Of a stretch of 64,000 nucleotides of DNA, positions 60,330 through 64,000 are shown piece by piece; position 1 is the first letter of the stretch; each line of letters opens with the position of its first letter. The notes under the pieces were generated by a model. That model had not been told where the DNA came from. It saw only the letters and a list, made by a program, of their open reading frames with translations, and searched no databases. The position numbers and the translations under genes were made by a program. Origin of the DNA: Perna viridis (Eukaryota); assembly GCA_037379345.1 (NCBI GenBank), contig CM074516.1, positions 35,377,626-35,441,625 on the forward strand. The letters are read 5' to 3'.

Positions 60330-62270
60330 CAACAAAGTTCACACCTGTTATTTTGAGAATATTTGTAAGAGTTTAAAATCCCCCAAAAAATTACACCTCC
60401 ATTATGTGTATAAACATCCTACAAAATATTAAGGCTGTATCTCTTAAACTGTTAAAGGACAGACAAACTATTTTTCCTTAATATAGCTTGTATGGATAAA
60501 TTACGAAGTCCAACTACCTGTAATTTTGAGAATTCTTGAGAAAAATCTTAGTCAGGCACAAATGTAAGCCAAAATATGTTCCTATTAAAAAGATTCCTCC
60601 AGAACAAATTTAATGTGAAATATGTTCTTTTTGAACTTTTTTCACAGCAAAATTTTGTTTAATAAGTTCCCTCTAAGCGAAAATTGTTCCCTTATGTTAA
60701 AACCTTGTCTTGAAAGAATATTCAGAAATCAGAAATACATGCACGTTTCTCCAGAACTTATGTTACAGTAAATTTGTTCAATTTTAAACATTTTACATGA
60801 TTAAAAAGTTCCAGGAACTAATTTCATTATAAAATTTGTTCCACTAGGGCGGGCTGGGATTTTACCTTTAGCCAGATACTTTTTTTCGCTACAAACAATG
60901 CCGGAACATTGTCGGAATACTTCTTTTTATTTGATTGCCAAAATTGGTCAGAATATTTTTTTTCAACCACTTTAGTCACAAAGTTTGTTTTTACAAAAAA
61001 TCAGGGCCAGGAAAGTTTTTTTTAAAAAATCACAGCCACCCCCACCCTCCCAAGAAAATCAAATCGTCCATGCCTAAGCACCATACAAAATATTAAAGCT
61101 GTATTTCTAAAGCTGTATGAGGAGTTCAACAGACAAACCATGTTCCCTTAATGCAGCTTGTATGTCCAACTACCTGTAATTTTGAGAATTTTGGAGAAAA
61201 ATCTTAATCTAAGGCACAATGTGTACTAGAAACTGGTGTTCTGCCTGAATATATGCCCAACATGAAGACAAATTATTCCTAATAACTGCCACCACAAGGA
61301 GTTTTAAATTAGACTGTTGATCTTATTAATAGCAATTATGAACAATTTCAGAAAAAAATGTTGAAAAGTTAATATATTGTATAGAAATTGTGTGAGATTA
61401 AACTCCTACCAATATGCAATATGTAATCTATATTGTCCAAAAAGAAATTCCTCATCACAGTCACATCTCCATTATGTAATCTAGAAACCCATTAAGTTTT
61501 ATCAAAATCGTGCCAGTGGTTTAGAAGAAGTTGCGGACAATGCCATTGACCCATATATTGCCGAAAAATGAGTAAGTTCAAACATCCATATCTTCAACAT
61601 AAATTGTTAGAAATAAAATTCCTCAACACATGCACATCTCCATTATGTAATTTAAAAATCTATGAAGTTTTATCAAAATCCTGCAAATTATTTAATTGGA
61701 GTTGCGGACAACGCATTGACCCATATATTCATGATATTGGTGAAAAACATTTAAGTCCAAACACCATGATATCGTAGACATAAATTGTCGAAAATGACAT
61801 TCTTCACCATATGCACATCTCCTTTATGTAATCTAACAATTGATAGAGTTTTATCAAAATCCCTCAGATTGTTTAGGAGGTGCTGCAGACAACTCATTGG
61901 CTCATATATTTGCAAAAAAACAACCAAATCCAAACATCCATATAAATTGTCCAAAATGAAATTCCTGACTACATGCACATCTCCATTTATGTATTCTAAC
62001 AATCCACCAAGTTTTATCAAAATCCTGCATGTCGTTGTAGACAATCTATTATGGACAGACATGATGAAACCTATATACCCCTAAACATCGTTTGCGAGGG
62101 TATAATAACCATCCTACAAAATATTACAGTTGTATCTAAACTAAAGCTGTATTTCAGGAGTTCGGCAGACAACCATGTATGCATATGTATTCGGATGAAT
62201 GGACGGGAGAACGAACGAACGGACAGGGTTAAATTAATATGCCCCTGACTAAAGTCATGGAGGCATAAAA
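60330..62270 (+). repeat. Nested HINE-like elements with about 170-bp tandem units and inserted MITEs
   Basis: cacatctcc.tt.atgtaat...gttttatcaaaatc near 61463, 61633, 61814 and 61976; 3' ends tatacccc...gggtataataa (62105) and atgcccctgact-aa-agtca-tggaggcataaaa (62270). Confidence 0.65.
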
Positions 62271-63510
62271 AGAATAGGGGTGCTTTCTTTTATGCAGGTT
62301 CAACTGTTTCGTACCAAAACCCCCGTACCCTTCGTCCGTTTGTTCATCATTGGAAGGGGACCAGTAACATACCAATATTTGTAATTCCAACCAGGTCATG
62401 GAAAAGACCATGGGACAGTCATGTACCAAATATTGAAAGCCTATCACTTATACTTCACGAGATATGGACTTGAGCATGAAACTTGATGGCAACATTAACA
62501 GTGCCATTGGCGCCACCGGTAAAACGATACTTACAGGTGTATGTCTCGCTATTGTTTCGCAGGAGAGACAAAAACTGGTAGCAAAAATATCCAAGTTATC
62601 CATGAAAACAAGGTCAAAGTTTAGTGACTTGTCAGACTGGGCACATCCTAAGGGGTCTATTAACCAAACATGTACATCGCGACTTCTTCACTTTCTGAGA
62701 GAAACTGAACTACTCGCAAAAACTAGAGGTAAAATTAGCAGTCTTCGAATAATGGACATGAATTCAAGGTCAAAGCAATCAAAAATGCATTCAAATTCAA
62801 GAAGTTTTGCCATTTTTAGTGTCAAATCAAGAAGATTTTTACATACCTACATTCAGTGACAATATGTAAAGAAATTGTGTCTTTGGTCTTATTTAAAACA
62901 TCAAGCGCAATAAACATGAATCACTAAAATCTTCAGCCTTGCAGTGAAAGAATTTATTTTGTTTGTAATATAAATAAAACTTCTATGTCAATGTGGAGTA
63001 ATTCATGCAACTTTACAACCATAATGGATACTCAAGGTGGACAGTCTCTGATTGATTTGTCCAGATGTGATCAATGACAGATAAGGTACATTCATATTAG
63101 GCATGCAATACACAACATTTGAGCCAAATGTTCTGTATCAATAAATGTTTTGCTTGTTAATCTGCGGGGATAATTTTTAGGGGTTCAATTCTGAGAGACT
63201 GCTACAAAATCAGAGAACTTTAAATCGCAGGTATGAAAACTATGCAATTAAAGAAAAATATTACAATTGTTTGAATTTCATTTGCATGTTCTTATTTCTA
63301 TTACCTCTTCACCACCATATTTTTTTGCCCTTATATTTTTCAATCATTGCCATTACACGAGATGGTATACCTGTCAAGAAAAAAAAATATCTAAGAAAAT
63401 GTAAACTCTGCTTCCTAAAATATACTATACATATAGCAGACTTTTTGTTGCTTTTGGGACAAATTAGTAATTAACATGAATATATCGTCTAAGGAATTTA
63501 AAGACACTAA

Positions 63511-63753
63511 GGGGACGGCCATTTGAGGGAGGGGGGATCCTGGTAGATTTTTAAATTAAATAATCTGGCCTGATCCCCTAAGAAAATAAATAAATAATTT
63601 AGCGTTCCTCCAGATTCAACATTGCTATAGCATAAGGTAAACAATATGTCCGGAAGTGACGAATGAAATATTTCTGGCCTGCAAAAAGTTAAAAATAAAT
63701 AGTCTGACCCATCATAAACTGCCAGCCCCCCTCAGAATCGGATGTTCATCCCC
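63511..63753. mobile_element. PIF/Harbinger-like MITE
   Basis: GGGGA...TCCCC imperfect TIR flanked by TAA on both sides. Confidence 0.6.
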
Positions 63754-64000
63754 TAAAATATATGGCAAGAAAAAGTCCAAAATACTAAATAAAGTATGAA
63801 ATGAATGATAGTTCAAAATAGTGTAACTGCTCCTAAAACTAGGGGCTCCAAGGAGCCTGAAAGAGCCTGTACAAAGTCAGGAACTTGACAGTCAGTAACA
63901 CATTATTTCCTTTTTTCACTCACCTGTTTGAATTGTTCAAAGTGAATTTCGATCATTATTCGAAGAGAGATAATTCTCAAATCAGAAATCTTATAATTTT

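Overview
AT-rich, repeat-dense eukaryotic DNA. The repeat types and gene style suggest a bivalve mollusc; this is inferred, not proven. Main contents: (1) a very recent, complete Ty3/Gypsy LTR retrotransposon (5904-14412, minus strand, 4-bp TSD CAAT) with gag, pol, a chromodomain integrase and a deleted env-like ORF. Its gag and pol are in frame across a UGA-CUAG readthrough signal. Its 3' LTR carries a 967-bp GT...AG intron-like segment whose exact removal regenerates the 5' LTR. (2) A full-length LINE (19760-24532, 9-bp TSD) whose ORF1 and ATG-less ORF2 are in frame across UAA-CAG-UUA, the CARYYA readthrough motif. (3) A multi-exon host gene for a secreted or membrane Cys-rich protein (minus strand, about 25.8-32.9 kb). 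(4) A SINE-like element with a pseudoknot-capable 5' structure, nested in a Harbinger-like MITE. (5) A probable Polinton terminus, a Penelope RT remnant, a degenerate hammerhead-like motif and a decayed hAT-like transposase. (6) An IS3/IS481-like eukaryotic transposase facing decayed F-box/LRR and RING-domain genes. (7) Many MITEs and Helentron-like elements with internal 160-200-bp tandem repeats. No rRNA, tRNA or CRISPR features were seen. All family assignments come from motifs recognised by eye, with no database searches.
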